DNA from: Gemmatimonadales bacterium
GTDB taxonomy: Bacteria > Gemmatimonadota > Gemmatimonadetes > Gemmatimonadales > GWC2-71-9
Reading direction: 5' to 3'
Length of the DNA: 64,000 nucleotides
Assembly: GCA_044221045.1 (NCBI GenBank)
Contig: JBGAPX010000004.1
Coordinates: forward strand, 6,733 to 70,732
Of the stretch, positions 36,966 to 46,900 are shown in pieces (the first letter of the stretch is position 1; every line of letters begins with the position of its first letter). The notes beneath the pieces were generated by a model. It was not told the origin of the DNA. It was given only the letters and a program-made list of their open reading frames with translations, and did not search any database. A program made the translations under genes and the position numbers.

Positions 36966-37690
36966 CCGCCGCCCCCCATCAGCGCCACGATCCCTGCGGC
37001 AATGCTCACCACCACCGCGATGGCGGTGCGGCCCGCCAGCCGGTAGCTCTGCGGCAGCAGTTCGGCCACGATCAGGTAGAGGAGGGCGCCGAAGGAGGCC
37101 CCGATCAGCCACGGCAGCGTGGCCGGCAGCGCCGACGCCAGGTAGATCACCGACACGGCCACCAGCGGCTGGGTGGTCCGCGCCAGCACGGCCATGCCCG
37201 CGACGGCGCCCGCGCGCCAGCCCCGGCGGGTCAGCAGCGCCCCGAGGACCGCGCCCTCTGAGATGTTGTGGATCGCGAACGTGAGGATGAGGAACCGGGC
37301 CAGCGGGCCGTTCACTCCGGCCGCCGCGCCGATCGCCACGCCCTCGGCCGCGGAGTGGAGGGCGCTCGCGAGGATCTCGCCGGCATCGGTATCCGCGGGC
37401 GCGGAGAGCCGCGCCGTCACCGCCAGGCCCCCGGCAGGCTCCCGCGGGCTGCTGTCGGCCAGCCGGACCGCCAGGAGGCCCGCGAAGGCCCCGAGCAGGG
37501 TGGCCGCCGGCGCCACGGCCTGGCCCGTCGCGAGCAGCACGTAGCCGATCCCCAGCATCAATCCCGCGGCCGCCGCCGTGGCCCACCCCACCGCGTGCCT
37601 GGCGAACCAGCCCCAGGTGCCCAGCAGCGCCCCGGGCCCCGCGGCCAGGGCGGCGGCAAGCCCCCACAGGAGGAGCGCCTGGGCTTCCAT
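36962..37690 (-). CDS. Divergent ZIP family transporter paralogue
   Basis: LHSAAEGVAIG, AIHNISEG; GTGA overlap with the next ZIP gene. Confidence 0.8.
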   Translation of the reverse strand: MEAQALLLWGLAAALAAGPGALLGTWGWFARHAVGWATAAAAGLMLGIGYVLLATGQAVAPAATLLGAFAGLLAVRLADSSPREPAGGLAVTARLSAPADTDAGEILASALHSAAEGVAIGAAAGVNGPLARFLILTFAIHNISEGAVLGALLTRRGWRAGAVAGMAVLARTTQPLVAVSVIYLASALPATLPWLIGASFGALLYLIVAELLPQSYRLAGRTAIAVVVSIAAGIVALMGGGG

Positions 37691-37877
37691 CGGGGTCGAC
37701 GTGATCGGGAGCCTGCCGGAGTGTCGAAGTGGTGCTGCACCGTCCGGGGTGTGGCAGGGGAAGGTAGCGGTGACAGGGTGAACCGGTGGCCGGAAGTGTC
37801 GCCGGGATGACGCAGGGGGCGGCGCAGCGAGGAGCGTCTGCTCCCCTGCGGGCAGGTCCGGATGGGGGCTGTGGGCG

Positions 37878-39083
37878 CTACTGCACCGCGTTCATCATGT
37901 CGAAGATCGGCAGGTACATCGCCACCACCATGCCGCCGACGATGACGCCGAGGATGACGATCATCATCGGCTCCATGAGGGAGAGCAGGGCGCTGACCGC
38001 GACGTCCACTTCTTCATCGTAGAAGTCGGCGATCTTGGACAGCATCTCGTCCAGGCCGCCGGTCTGCTCGCCGACGGCGATCATCGAGATCACCATCGGG
38101 GGAAAGACCTTGGACTTCTCCAGCGGGCCGGCGATCGTCTCGCCGCCCGCGATCGAGTTGCGGGACTCCATCACCGCGTCGTGGATGACGCGGTTGCCGG
38201 CGGTCTTGGCCGTGATCTCGAGCCCGTCGAGGATGGACACGCCGGAGCTGATCAGGGTGCCCAGGGTCCGGGTGAAGCGGGACACCGCCGACTTCCGGAG
38301 CAGGTCGCCCAGGACGGGGGCGTTGAGCATCATCTGGTCGATCTGCTTCTGGCCGTTGGGCGTCTTGTAGTACGACCGGATGGCGTAGACGATCCCGACG
38401 ATGATCAGGATCAGGGCCCACCAGTAGCTGATCAGGAAGTCCGACATCGCGATCACGATGCGGGTGGGGAGCGGCAACTCCATCCCGACGCTGGCGAACA
38501 TCTTCTGGAAGGTCGGGATCACGAAGATCAGCAGCACCGCCACGGCGATGCCGGCCACCGACATGATGACGCCCGGGTACACCATGGCGCCCTTGACCTT
38601 CCGGATGAGCGCGTCGCTCTTCTCGAGGAAGGTGGCCAGGCGGAGCAGGATGGTGTCCAGGATGCCGCCGGCCTCGCCGGCGGCCACCATGTTGACGTAC
38701 AGCTCGGTGAAGGCCTTGGGGTGCTTGCTGAAGGCGTCGGCGAGGGTGTGGCCGCTCTCGACGTCGAAGACCACCTGCTTGGTCACCTCGGCCAGGGAGG
38801 GGTTCTCGGTCTGCCGGGCCAGGATGTCCAGCGACTGCACCAGCGGCAGGCCCGAGTTGATCATCGTGGCGAACTGCCGGGTGAAGATCACGATGTCGCG
38901 GGTCCGGATGCCCTTCTTGCCGAAGCTCAAGCTCAGCTGCTTGGGCTGCTCCCGGACGTTCACCACGATCATCTTCTGCTGCTTGATGTGCTTCAGGACG
39001 TCGTCGCGGGTGGGCACGTCGAGGGTGCCCTTCATGATCTGGCCCGTGGCGGCGTTCCGCGCGGTGTACTCGAACACTGGCAT
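37878..39083 (-). CDS. pilC: Type IV pilus inner-membrane platform protein
   Basis: FTRQFATMINSGLPL, AGEAGGILD, GEQTGGLDEML, AMYLPIF. Confidence 0.96.
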   Translation of the reverse strand: MPVFEYTARNAATGQIMKGTLDVPTRDDVLKHIKQQKMIVVNVREQPKQLSLSFGKKGIRTRDIVIFTRQFATMINSGLPLVQSLDILARQTENPSLAEVTKQVVFDVESGHTLADAFSKHPKAFTELYVNMVAAGEAGGILDTILLRLATFLEKSDALIRKVKGAMVYPGVIMSVAGIAVAVLLIFVIPTFQKMFASVGMELPLPTRIVIAMSDFLISYWWALILIIVGIVYAIRSYYKTPNGQKQIDQMMLNAPVLGDLLRKSAVSRFTRTLGTLISSGVSILDGLEITAKTAGNRVIHDAVMESRNSIAGGETIAGPLEKSKVFPPMVISMIAVGEQTGGLDEMLSKIADFYDEEVDVAVSALLSLMEPMMIVILGVIVGGMVVAMYLPIFDMMNAVQ

Positions 39084-39101
39084 CCGGGGCTCCTGGTCGG
39101 C

Positions 39102-40232
39102 TTAGCGGCGGCCCGCCGGCTTGGCGGGACCCTTCTGCATGTCGCCCATCTCCTGCTCCTCGAGCGGCGTCTCGCCGCACATCCGCATCAGCTCGTTCGG
39201 GTCGCCGGAGGCGCGGAGGCACTCCTCCAGCGTCACCTCGCGGCTCATGTACAGCTGGAACAGCGAGTCGTTCATGGTCTGCATGCCGTGCTTCTTGCCC
39301 GACTGCAGCGCCGAGTAGATCTGGTGCACCTTGTCGTCGCGGATCAGCGCCCGGATGGCGGGCGTACAGACCATGATCTCGCACGCCATGGCCCGGCCGC
39401 GGCCCTTGGCCTTCTGCAGCAGCGTCTGGGTCACGACGCCCTCCAGCACGAACGCCAGCTGGGCCCGGACCTGCTGCTGCTGGTTGGAGGGGAACACGTC
39501 GATCATGCGGTTGATCGACTCCGCCGCCGAGTTGGTGTGCAGCGTGGCCAGCGCCAGGTGGCCGGTCTCCGCGATGGTGAGGCAGGCGGCCATGGTCTCG
39601 AGGTCGCGCAACTCGCCCACCAGGATCACGTCGGGGTCCTCGCGCAGCGCGTACTTGAGCGCGTTGGCGAAGCTCTTGGTGTCGGTCCCGACCTCGCGCT
39701 GGTTGATGATGCACTGCTGGTGCCGGTGGATGAACTCGATCGGATCTTCCACCGTGATGATGTGGCCCTTGCGCTCCTTGTTGATCTTGTCGAGCACCGC
39801 GGCCAGCGTGGTGGACTTGCCCGAGCCGGTGGGCCCCGTGACCAGGATCAGGCCGCGGGGCTTCTCGGCCAGCTTGGCCATCACCGGCGGCAGCCCCAGG
39901 TCCTGGAACGTCCGCACGTTGAAGGGGATCATCCGGACGACCATCGCCACGCAGCCGCGCTGCTTGAAGACGTTGCCGCGGAAGCGGGCCAGGTTCTGGA
40001 TGCCGAAGCTGAAGTCGAGCTCGTCCTCGGTCTCGAAGCGCTTCTTCTGGTTCTCGGTGAGCACCGAGTAGGCCAGCGCGAGGGTGTCCTTCGGCGTGAG
40101 GACGTCCGGGGCGGCGGCGTTGGTGATGTCGCCGTCGATGCGCAGCTTGGCCCGCTCCCCGGCGGTGATGTGGAGGTCGGAGGCGTCCTTCTCGATCATC
40201 TCCTCGAGCAGCGCGCGCAGGTTGATCGTCAT
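39102..40232 (-). CDS. pilT: Type IV pilus retraction ATPase
   Basis: ASDLHI, GPTGSGKSTT, LREDPDVILVGELRD, AETGHL, AIRALIRDDK. Confidence 0.96.
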   Translation of the reverse strand: MTINLRALLEEMIEKDASDLHITAGERAKLRIDGDITNAAAPDVLTPKDTLALAYSVLTENQKKRFETEDELDFSFGIQNLARFRGNVFKQRGCVAMVVRMIPFNVRTFQDLGLPPVMAKLAEKPRGLILVTGPTGSGKSTTLAAVLDKINKERKGHIITVEDPIEFIHRHQQCIINQREVGTDTKSFANALKYALREDPDVILVGELRDLETMAACLTIAETGHLALATLHTNSAAESINRMIDVFPSNQQQQVRAQLAFVLEGVVTQTLLQKAKGRGRAMACEIMVCTPAIRALIRDDKVHQIYSALQSGKKHGMQTMNDSLFQLYMSREVTLEECLRASGDPNELMRMCGETPLEEQEMGDMQKGPAKPAGRR

Positions 40233-41944
40233 CCGGCCGTCTCCTTGATGACTTCCTCGAGCGAGGTGACCCCGCGCTCGACCTTCTTCATGCCGTCCAT
40301 GCGGAGCGTGAGCATGCCGTCCGCGACCGCCTGGTCCCGGATCTCCGCCACGGAGCCGCCCCGGAGGATCAGGCGGCGCAGTTCAGGGGTGAGGGCCATG
40401 ACCTCGTACAACCCCGCCCGGCCCTTGTAGCCGGTCCCCCCGCAAGTGTCGCACCCGCGCCCCTTCATGAAGGGGATGTCCTTGTAGTCAGCGGGGTTAT
40501 CCCCCAGGGCCTTGAGCTCCTCGTCGGTGTAGGTGTGCGGCGCCTTGCAGTCCTTGCAGATACGCCGCACGAGCCGCTGGGCCACCACCAGGTTCACCGC
40601 GGAGGCCACGTTGAAGGCCTCGATGCCCATGTCGATCATGCGGGTGATCGTCGAGGGGGCGTCGTTGGTGTGCAGCGTCGACAGCACCAGGTGGCCGGTG
40701 AGCGCCGCCTTGATGGCGATGCCGCCGGTCTCGAGGTCGCGGATCTCGCCGATCATGATGATGTTCGGGTCCTGCCGCAGGAACGCCTTGAGCGCCGCCG
40801 CGAACGTCAGCCCGATCTCGTTCCGGACGAGGACCTGGTTGATCCCCATCAGGTTGTACTCGACCGGGTCCTCCGCCGTCATGATGTTGGTCTCGATCGT
40901 GTTGACCCGGGACAGGGCGGAGTACAGCGTCGTCGTCTTCCCCGACCCCGTCGGGCCGGTCACCAGCACCATGCCGTAGGGGTTGAGGATGTTCCGCATC
41001 AGGTCCTGCTCGGCCTTGGGCTCGAAGCCGAACTTGGACAGGTCGAGCGTCAGGTTCCCCTTGTCCAGGATCCGCATCACGATCTTCTCGCCGTAGATGC
41101 ACGGGAGCGTCGAGACCCGGAAGTCGATCACCCGGTTGCCCATCTTGAGCTTGAGCCGGCCGTCCTGGGGTACCCGGCGCTCGGCGATGTTGAGCTGGGA
41201 GAGAATCTTGATGCGCGAGGTGAGCGCCGCCTTCATCTTGACCGGCGGCTTCATGACCTCCTGCAGCGCGCCGTCGATCCGGTAGCGCACCCGGATCTCG
41301 TGCTCGAACGGCTCGATGTGGATGTCCGACGCGCCCCGCTTGACCGCGTCGGTCAGCAGGCCGTTGATCAGCTTCACCACCGGGGCGTCGTTGATCTGGG
41401 CCTGGCTCGCCGCCTCGTCTTCCTTCTCCTCCACCACCTCGACGTCGGCGTCCCCCAGCGACTCCATCTCCTTGAGCAGCGTCTGCATCTGCTCGTCGGA
41501 GCTCTCGTAGTGCTTCTCGATCAGGTTGCGGAGCGTGTACTCCCCCGCAATCACGGGGAAGAGGTCGTAGCGGGTGATGAACTTGAGGTCGTCGAGCACG
41601 CCCGTCTGGGTCGGGTCCGCCATGGCGACGGTGAGCGTGCGCCCCTCGCGCTTCAGCGGCAGCACCACGTGCTTGAGCGCGAAGTCCGAGGGGATCAGCT
41701 TGAGCATCTTCGGGTCGACTTCAAACCGCGTGAGATCCACCGCCGGCATCCGGTACTGGCGCGCCAGCACCTTGGTGATCTCCAGTTCCTGGATCAGTCC
41801 CAGCTTGACCAGGACGTATCCCAGGCGGTGGCCGGACGACTTCTGCTCAGCGAGAGCCGCCCCGAGCTGGTCCCGGGTGATCAGCCCTTCACGAATCAGA
41901 ATGTCGCCCAGCCGGTCGTTTCCTCCGGCCGCTGCTGTCGCCAT
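40229..41944 (-). CDS. pilB: Type IV pilus assembly ATPase
   Basis: ASDIHIEP, ERRVPQDGR, GPTGSGKTTT, LRQDPN, two CxxC motifs; RLGDIL MshEN-like N-terminus. Confidence 0.96.
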   Translation of the reverse strand: MATAAAGGNDRLGDILIREGLITRDQLGAALAEQKSSGHRLGYVLVKLGLIQELEITKVLARQYRMPAVDLTRFEVDPKMLKLIPSDFALKHVVLPLKREGRTLTVAMADPTQTGVLDDLKFITRYDLFPVIAGEYTLRNLIEKHYESSDEQMQTLLKEMESLGDADVEVVEEKEDEAASQAQINDAPVVKLINGLLTDAVKRGASDIHIEPFEHEIRVRYRIDGALQEVMKPPVKMKAALTSRIKILSQLNIAERRVPQDGRLKLKMGNRVIDFRVSTLPCIYGEKIVMRILDKGNLTLDLSKFGFEPKAEQDLMRNILNPYGMVLVTGPTGSGKTTTLYSALSRVNTIETNIMTAEDPVEYNLMGINQVLVRNEIGLTFAAALKAFLRQDPNIIMIGEIRDLETGGIAIKAALTGHLVLSTLHTNDAPSTITRMIDMGIEAFNVASAVNLVVAQRLVRRICKDCKAPHTYTDEELKALGDNPADYKDIPFMKGRGCDTCGGTGYKGRAGLYEVMALTPELRRLILRGGSVAEIRDQAVADGMLTLRMDGMKKVERGVTSLEEVIKETAG

Positions 41945-41998
41945 CGCCCCACTGATGCTGGATTGTGAAGTCTGACAACGGTTTACGCCGATTGATCT

Positions 41999-42026
41999 AA
42001 GCTAGGTTGTCGGGGTGAGGTGTCAA
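41999..42026 (-). promoter_or_regulatory. sigma70 promoter candidate for pilB-pilT-pilC
   Basis: TTGACA (42026-42021) - 16 nt - TAGCTT (42004-41999). Confidence 0.55.
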
Positions 42027-42035
42027 GGAGGGTTG

Positions 42036-42151
42036 GGCGGCTCGGCGGCTCGGCGGCTCGGCGGCTCGGCGGCTCGGCGGCTCGGCGGCTCGGCGGCTCG
42101 GCGGGCCGACGCTACCGCCTTACCGCCTTACCGCCCTACCGCCCTACCGCC
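42036..42151. repeat. (GGCGGCTC)x8 followed by (YTACCGCC)x5, partially complementary octamer arrays
   Basis: Counted directly: 42036-42104 and 42112-42151. Confidence 0.9.
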
Positions 42152-42824
42152 CCCCCTCCACCCGAAGCCGCCCCCGTACCCGGGCCAGGGTGGCGGGACC
42201 TACCCCCGGCACCCGGACCAGGCTGTCCACGGCGGGAAACGGCCCATGCCGTTCCCGAAAGGCCACGATCTGCCCCGCCATGTATGGCCCCACGAACGGC
42301 AGCCCCTCGAGCTCGGCGGCGGTGGCGGTGTTCAGGTCGAGCGGGGTGGGCTCTGCCGCCGCCCCGGCCGGCGGCGCATCGCCGACCGACGCTGCCCCCC
42401 GCCCGGAAGCCCCGGCAGTCCCCGACCCGGCGCCTGGTTCGCCCGAGAAGGCCGCATACGGGGCGATCGCCGCCAGGAGGCCGGGCCCCACCCCGGAGAC
42501 CCGATCCAGCCCCTCGAGGCCGCCGAAGGGCCCCCGTCGCTCCCGATCGGAGACGATGGCCCGGGCCAGACCCGGCCCCACCCGAGGCAGGCGGGCGATC
42601 TCGGCCGCCGGCGCCCGGTCCAGATCGATCCGGTCCCCAGCCCCGAGGGGCCGGGCATGGGCCAGGCTGGAGTCCCGGTGTGCCCGCGGGATGCCCGGGG
42701 GCCCCGCCCCCTGGAGGGTCACCTCGCCAGGCGGGATCCCGGGATGGCCCAGCGCCACCCGGACCCCCTGCCCCAGCACCGCGAGGCCCAGCAGCAGCAG
42801 GACCGCCCGCCGTTCGGGAGACAT
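42144..42824 (-). CDS. comEA: ComEA family helix-hairpin-helix DNA-binding protein
   Basis: Two HhH modules: IDLDRA..LPRVGPGLARAI and LDLNTA..LPFVGP..VPGVGP. Confidence 0.88.
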   Translation of the reverse strand: MSPERRAVLLLLGLAVLGQGVRVALGHPGIPPGEVTLQGAGPPGIPRAHRDSSLAHARPLGAGDRIDLDRAPAAEIARLPRVGPGLARAIVSDRERRGPFGGLEGLDRVSGVGPGLLAAIAPYAAFSGEPGAGSGTAGASGRGAASVGDAPPAGAAAEPTPLDLNTATAAELEGLPFVGPYMAGQIVAFRERHGPFPAVDSLVRVPGVGPATLARVRGRLRVEGGR

Positions 42825-42911
42825 CGTCCACAATGCACCGCGCGCCGCCTTCCGGGGGGAACGCGGCGACGCGGACAGTGGCGGAACAACCCGGCGCGGC
42901 CTGCCGGGCGG

Positions 42912-43826
42912 TCAGTGGCGGCGGATCAGCGCCAGGCCCACGTCGCCCACCACCTGCAGGCTCTGGGGGCTCACCTTGTCGAGGCTGTCGGCGGGAGTGT
43001 GCCAGTAGGCGTTGTCCGGCCCGTAGGAGAAGTCCACCACGTCAATGGCGCGGATCCCGGCCTTCTGCAGCTCGACGTGGTCGTCGATCAGCGTCGGCCC
43101 CTGGCCCGGCGCGTTCACGAATACGTCGGCGTGCCCGATCTCCTTGGCCACCGTCCAGACCAGGTCCACCACCTCCGGCGCCCCGAGTACCGACTGGCCC
43201 TCCGGCAGCAGCCGGAGGTCGCGGTCGGCCACCAGGTCGAGCAGCACGGCGTACAGCGGCTTGGGGCCGGGCGGCTGGTGCGCGGCGTAGTACCGCGACC
43301 CGATCAGCACGTCATTCGGCTCGGCGTGGAAGTCGGCGTAGTCCTCCCCGTCCACGAACAACAGGTCGACACCGACCGAGGGGGGCTGCTGCTTGAGGGC
43401 GTCGGCCATGCCGAGCAGCACCGCCACCCCGGATGCCCCGTCGTTGGCGCCGGGGACGGGCGTCCGGGGCCCGGTGTAATTCGGGTTGTCGGACACGGGC
43501 CGGGTGTCCCAGTGCGCCAGGAAGAGCACCCGCTCCCGCGCGGCGGGATTGAACCGGGCCACGAGGTTCACCATCGGCAGCGTGTCGCCCTTGGCGGACA
43601 CGTGGGTCCACGCCTGCACCACCAGGGTGTCGGCCCGGGTGCGGAGCAGCGAGTCGAGCCAGGCGGCGGTGGCGACGTGCGCCGGCGTGCCGGGGATCCG
43701 GTAGCCGAACGCGACCTGGCGCTCGAGATAGGTGAAGGCCACCTCCCCGTTGAACTCGCGGGTGGGCGGCGCCGCGTCACGGCAGGCGGCGGCAAGCAGC
43801 ACGGCAGGCAGGAGGAAGCGGCGCAT
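42912..43826 (-). CDS. M28-fold lipoprotein, probable glutaminyl cyclase (Bacteroidota type)
   Basis: Lipobox AAAC; QVAFGYRIPG, AHWDTRP, GANDGASGV, DGEDY, LLDLV, DDH, YWHT. Confidence 0.8.
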   Translation of the reverse strand: MRRFLLPAVLLAAACRDAAPPTREFNGEVAFTYLERQVAFGYRIPGTPAHVATAAWLDSLLRTRADTLVVQAWTHVSAKGDTLPMVNLVARFNPAARERVLFLAHWDTRPVSDNPNYTGPRTPVPGANDGASGVAVLLGMADALKQQPPSVGVDLLFVDGEDYADFHAEPNDVLIGSRYYAAHQPPGPKPLYAVLLDLVADRDLRLLPEGQSVLGAPEVVDLVWTVAKEIGHADVFVNAPGQGPTLIDDHVELQKAGIRAIDVVDFSYGPDNAYWHTPADSLDKVSPQSLQVVGDVGLALIRRH

Positions 43827-43850
43827 GGTCGAGGAAGAAAGACGGAGGGC

Positions 43851-43882
43851 GGGGAAGGGGGAAGGGGGAAACGGGAAACGGG
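43851..43882 (+). repeat. Purine-rich heptamer repeats (GGGGGAA, CGGGAAA)
   Basis: Same two unit types as 6305-6377, in swapped order. Confidence 0.8.
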
Positions 43883-43906
43883 CTTCGGAACCTGCCGCCG
43901 GGCCGC

Positions 43907-46900
43907 CTAGCGGTAGTCCCCGGCATAGAGCGACAGCTGGAACGTCGCGGCGACCGACATCTGGGAGAACTTGCGGTCCAGGTGGCGTGCCTCGTTGAGG
44001 GAATAGCTGAACTGCAGCCCGCCGGTCATGATGCGGCCCAGGTCGGTATCGAAAGTGGCGCGGAATTCCCGCCGCCGGGTGTCGGAGACGGTGCGGCAAT
44101 CGGCCTGGCCGCTCTGCTGCAGGCAGGAGAGGCTCTTGGACAGGATGCCCGTCAGCTGCGAGCGGATCACGCGCCGGGTACGGCTCAGCGCCCCCGGCAG
44201 GGCAAAGGCGTGGCTGAAGCCCGCCGTGATGTCGTCCTGGTCCACCCGGGTGCGGTTGCCGTTGGCCAGGTTGCGCTGGGCCACGGCGGCCCAGGTCACC
44301 GAGAGCACCATGCCGTTGGCGAGCGTCAGCTGGGCATCCGGCGTGACCGTCCGGTTGCGCTGACGGCTGACGTACGGGAGGCCGCCGGTGTTGGGCACCG
44401 TGGTCTCGCCGCGCACCTGGCGAAAGGTGGCGCCGACCCCGACCAGGGCCACCGGGAAGCCGTGGATGGCACGGGTGAGCCGGAGGGTCCCCTTGGGCCA
44501 CTCCCGCTGGAAGGTCTCGGAGGTCAGGTACCCCTCGGTGGTGCGCTGGAACCGGTTGGTCCGCGAGCGGGCGTACCCCAGCTGGAAGCTCATGCCGAAG
44601 GGGAGCTCAGCACCGGACTGGAATGTCGTGGTGCGGACCTCCGAGGCGCCGAGGGCGGAGTCGCCCTGGGCGCGGAGGAACCGGTCCAGGCCGCCGAGTG
44701 CCAGCTGGAAGCCAAGGTCGGGGTCGAAGGCGGCGAGGTCGAAGGTCCCGGCGCGCGTCAGGCGGTCGCTGATGTCAAACGGCCGCAACCGGCGGGTGGC
44801 ACGGGCCAAGGCGCTGGAATCGCCCACCAGCCGGCCCAGGAGCCGGCCGTACTCCACCGCGGCGCCGTACTCCCGCTGCCGCGTCTTGTTGAGGGTCTGG
44901 GGCAGGATGAACGCCCCCGTGGTGTCCCCGTCCTCGCGGATGGGGTCGCGGCTGGTCAGGCTGCGACTCAGGACGAAACTGCTGGCCGTCTGGTAACGGG
45001 GCCGGAGCCAGCTGGTGACGCGCGGCGCCAGCAGCAGCGAGGTGCCCAGCTGGCGGTCGCGCTCCACGCCCACGTCCATCCCGAAGAGGCTGCGGCGGGC
45101 GCGGCCGGCCACCCGGCCCAGGCTGGTGCTGTCGCTGTAGCGGCGCAGGTCCCGGGTGCTGGTCAGGTCGCCGGAGAGGGTCAGCATGCCGAGCGGCTGC
45201 CAGGTGAGCCCGGCGGTGTTGCGCCAGGTGTGGGTCAGCGAGACGGCCGGCCGCACCAGGCTGTCGAGGCCGCGGCGGACGGGCACGTCGTACGCCAGCA
45301 GGTCGCCCTGGTTGCGGAGGAGCCCGGTGCCCATCCGGATGCTGCCGGGGGCGAAGTTGACCTTCGGACGGGCGAGCGCGGCCGCCCCGTCGGTGCGCCG
45401 CAGGAAGCCCGGGAGGCGCCGCACCAGGCCGCTCAGGTCCAGGGTGGGGCCGTGGCGGCCCGACTGCAGCAGGTAGGTCGCCTGCAGGTTGCGGGTGCTG
45501 TTGCTGGCCTCGGAGAGCTCGGTGGTGCTGCGCGCGTCGGAGAAGTTGCCCGAGACGCTCAGCGGATCGACCAGCCCGCGCACCAGCCACGAGCGGCCCC
45601 GCTTGGTGCGCCGGACCGCGAAGCTGTAGCTGAGCGACCAGCTCTCCGGGGTGCGCAACCGCGCGAGGTCCTTCCCGAGGATGTCCGTGCCGGTGAGCAG
45701 CTCGGGCGCCACGGAGGAGCGGGCGTAGTTCACCTGGATCGGCAGCACGATGCCCAGGCTGGTGGGGAGGAACCGCTCCACCCGGAGCCCGGTGGCCAGC
45801 TGCAGCGTGCCGGTGGTCCGGTAGGAGGGATCCCGCCCGATCTGCTGGAAATAGCCGTCCTGCCGCACATAGCCGATGCTCAGGTCGCCCACGTCGGACG
45901 CGACCAGGCGCGCGTCGAGCGCCAGTGCCGACCCGACCCGCGCGATGGGTTCCGTGAGGCGGATGTCGTCCACCCAGACCTCGGCGCTGTCGGTGGGGTC
46001 GTTGCCGCTGCGGCGGTAGATGCCGGCCGCGATCTCCTGCACCTCGGCCAGGTTGGGCGGGTTCACCGCCGGGTCCTCGATGTGGGCCAGGTAGGGGCCG
46101 TCGCACAGCACGTAGGCCACCGACACGGTGTCGCCCCCGCAGGCCACCCGGGCCGCGCTGTCGGCGGGGAGCCCCTGCAGCCGGCGCGACTCGATCTGCG
46201 CACGCAGCTCGCGCCACTTGTCCAGCCGTACCCGGAGCTCGGGCTCCCAGGTGGCGGTGGCCGCGTTGGCGGAGAACTGGTAGAAGTTGCGGCTGTCGCT
46301 GCCGGCGCGGATGAAGACCTCGAAGTCGCGGCTGTCCCACCCCGGCCCGCGCCCCCGGGCCCAGGCCCGGAGCTCCTTGTAGCGGAGCAGGTTCTGGGGC
46401 CCGCTCGGGAAGCGGAAGTAGGCCTCCGCCCGCTGGCCCGGCAGGATCTCCCGCGCGATCACCCGCAGGGAGCGTTCGTTCACCTGGCTGCCGAACTCGC
46501 CCTTGCCGCCGCCCTTCTTGTCGAGCCCGCCCCGCACCCCGGGCGGCGAGGTGTACCCCAGCTCGATGTTCTCGGTCGAGACCGTGGAGGACACCACCTC
46601 GCCGTTGCCGGGGGCGTCGGTGGCGCCGGCGATGCTCTGCACGGGCTTCTCCGATCGCCGCACCCAGGGCGAGCCGAGGAACCGCATCCGCCCCAGCGCC
46701 CAGAAGGTGCGCACGTCCGGGCCGCCCTGGTCCGGGGCGGCCACGGCGGTGATGCGGAGGTGCTTCACCAGGCGGATGTTGGGGGAGCCAAGCCGGTACT
46801 GCTCGGTGCGCAGGGGCAGCCGGTACAGTTCCCACTGGCCGGAGTCGGCCGCGATTGCGCCGGTGCGCACGAAGTACGGGCTGCCCCGCAAGTCCACGAC

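Noticed and set aside
42036-42151. Tandem repeats considered as a CRISPR array
   Set aside because: Units are 7-8 nt with no unique spacers, and no cas genes are present.
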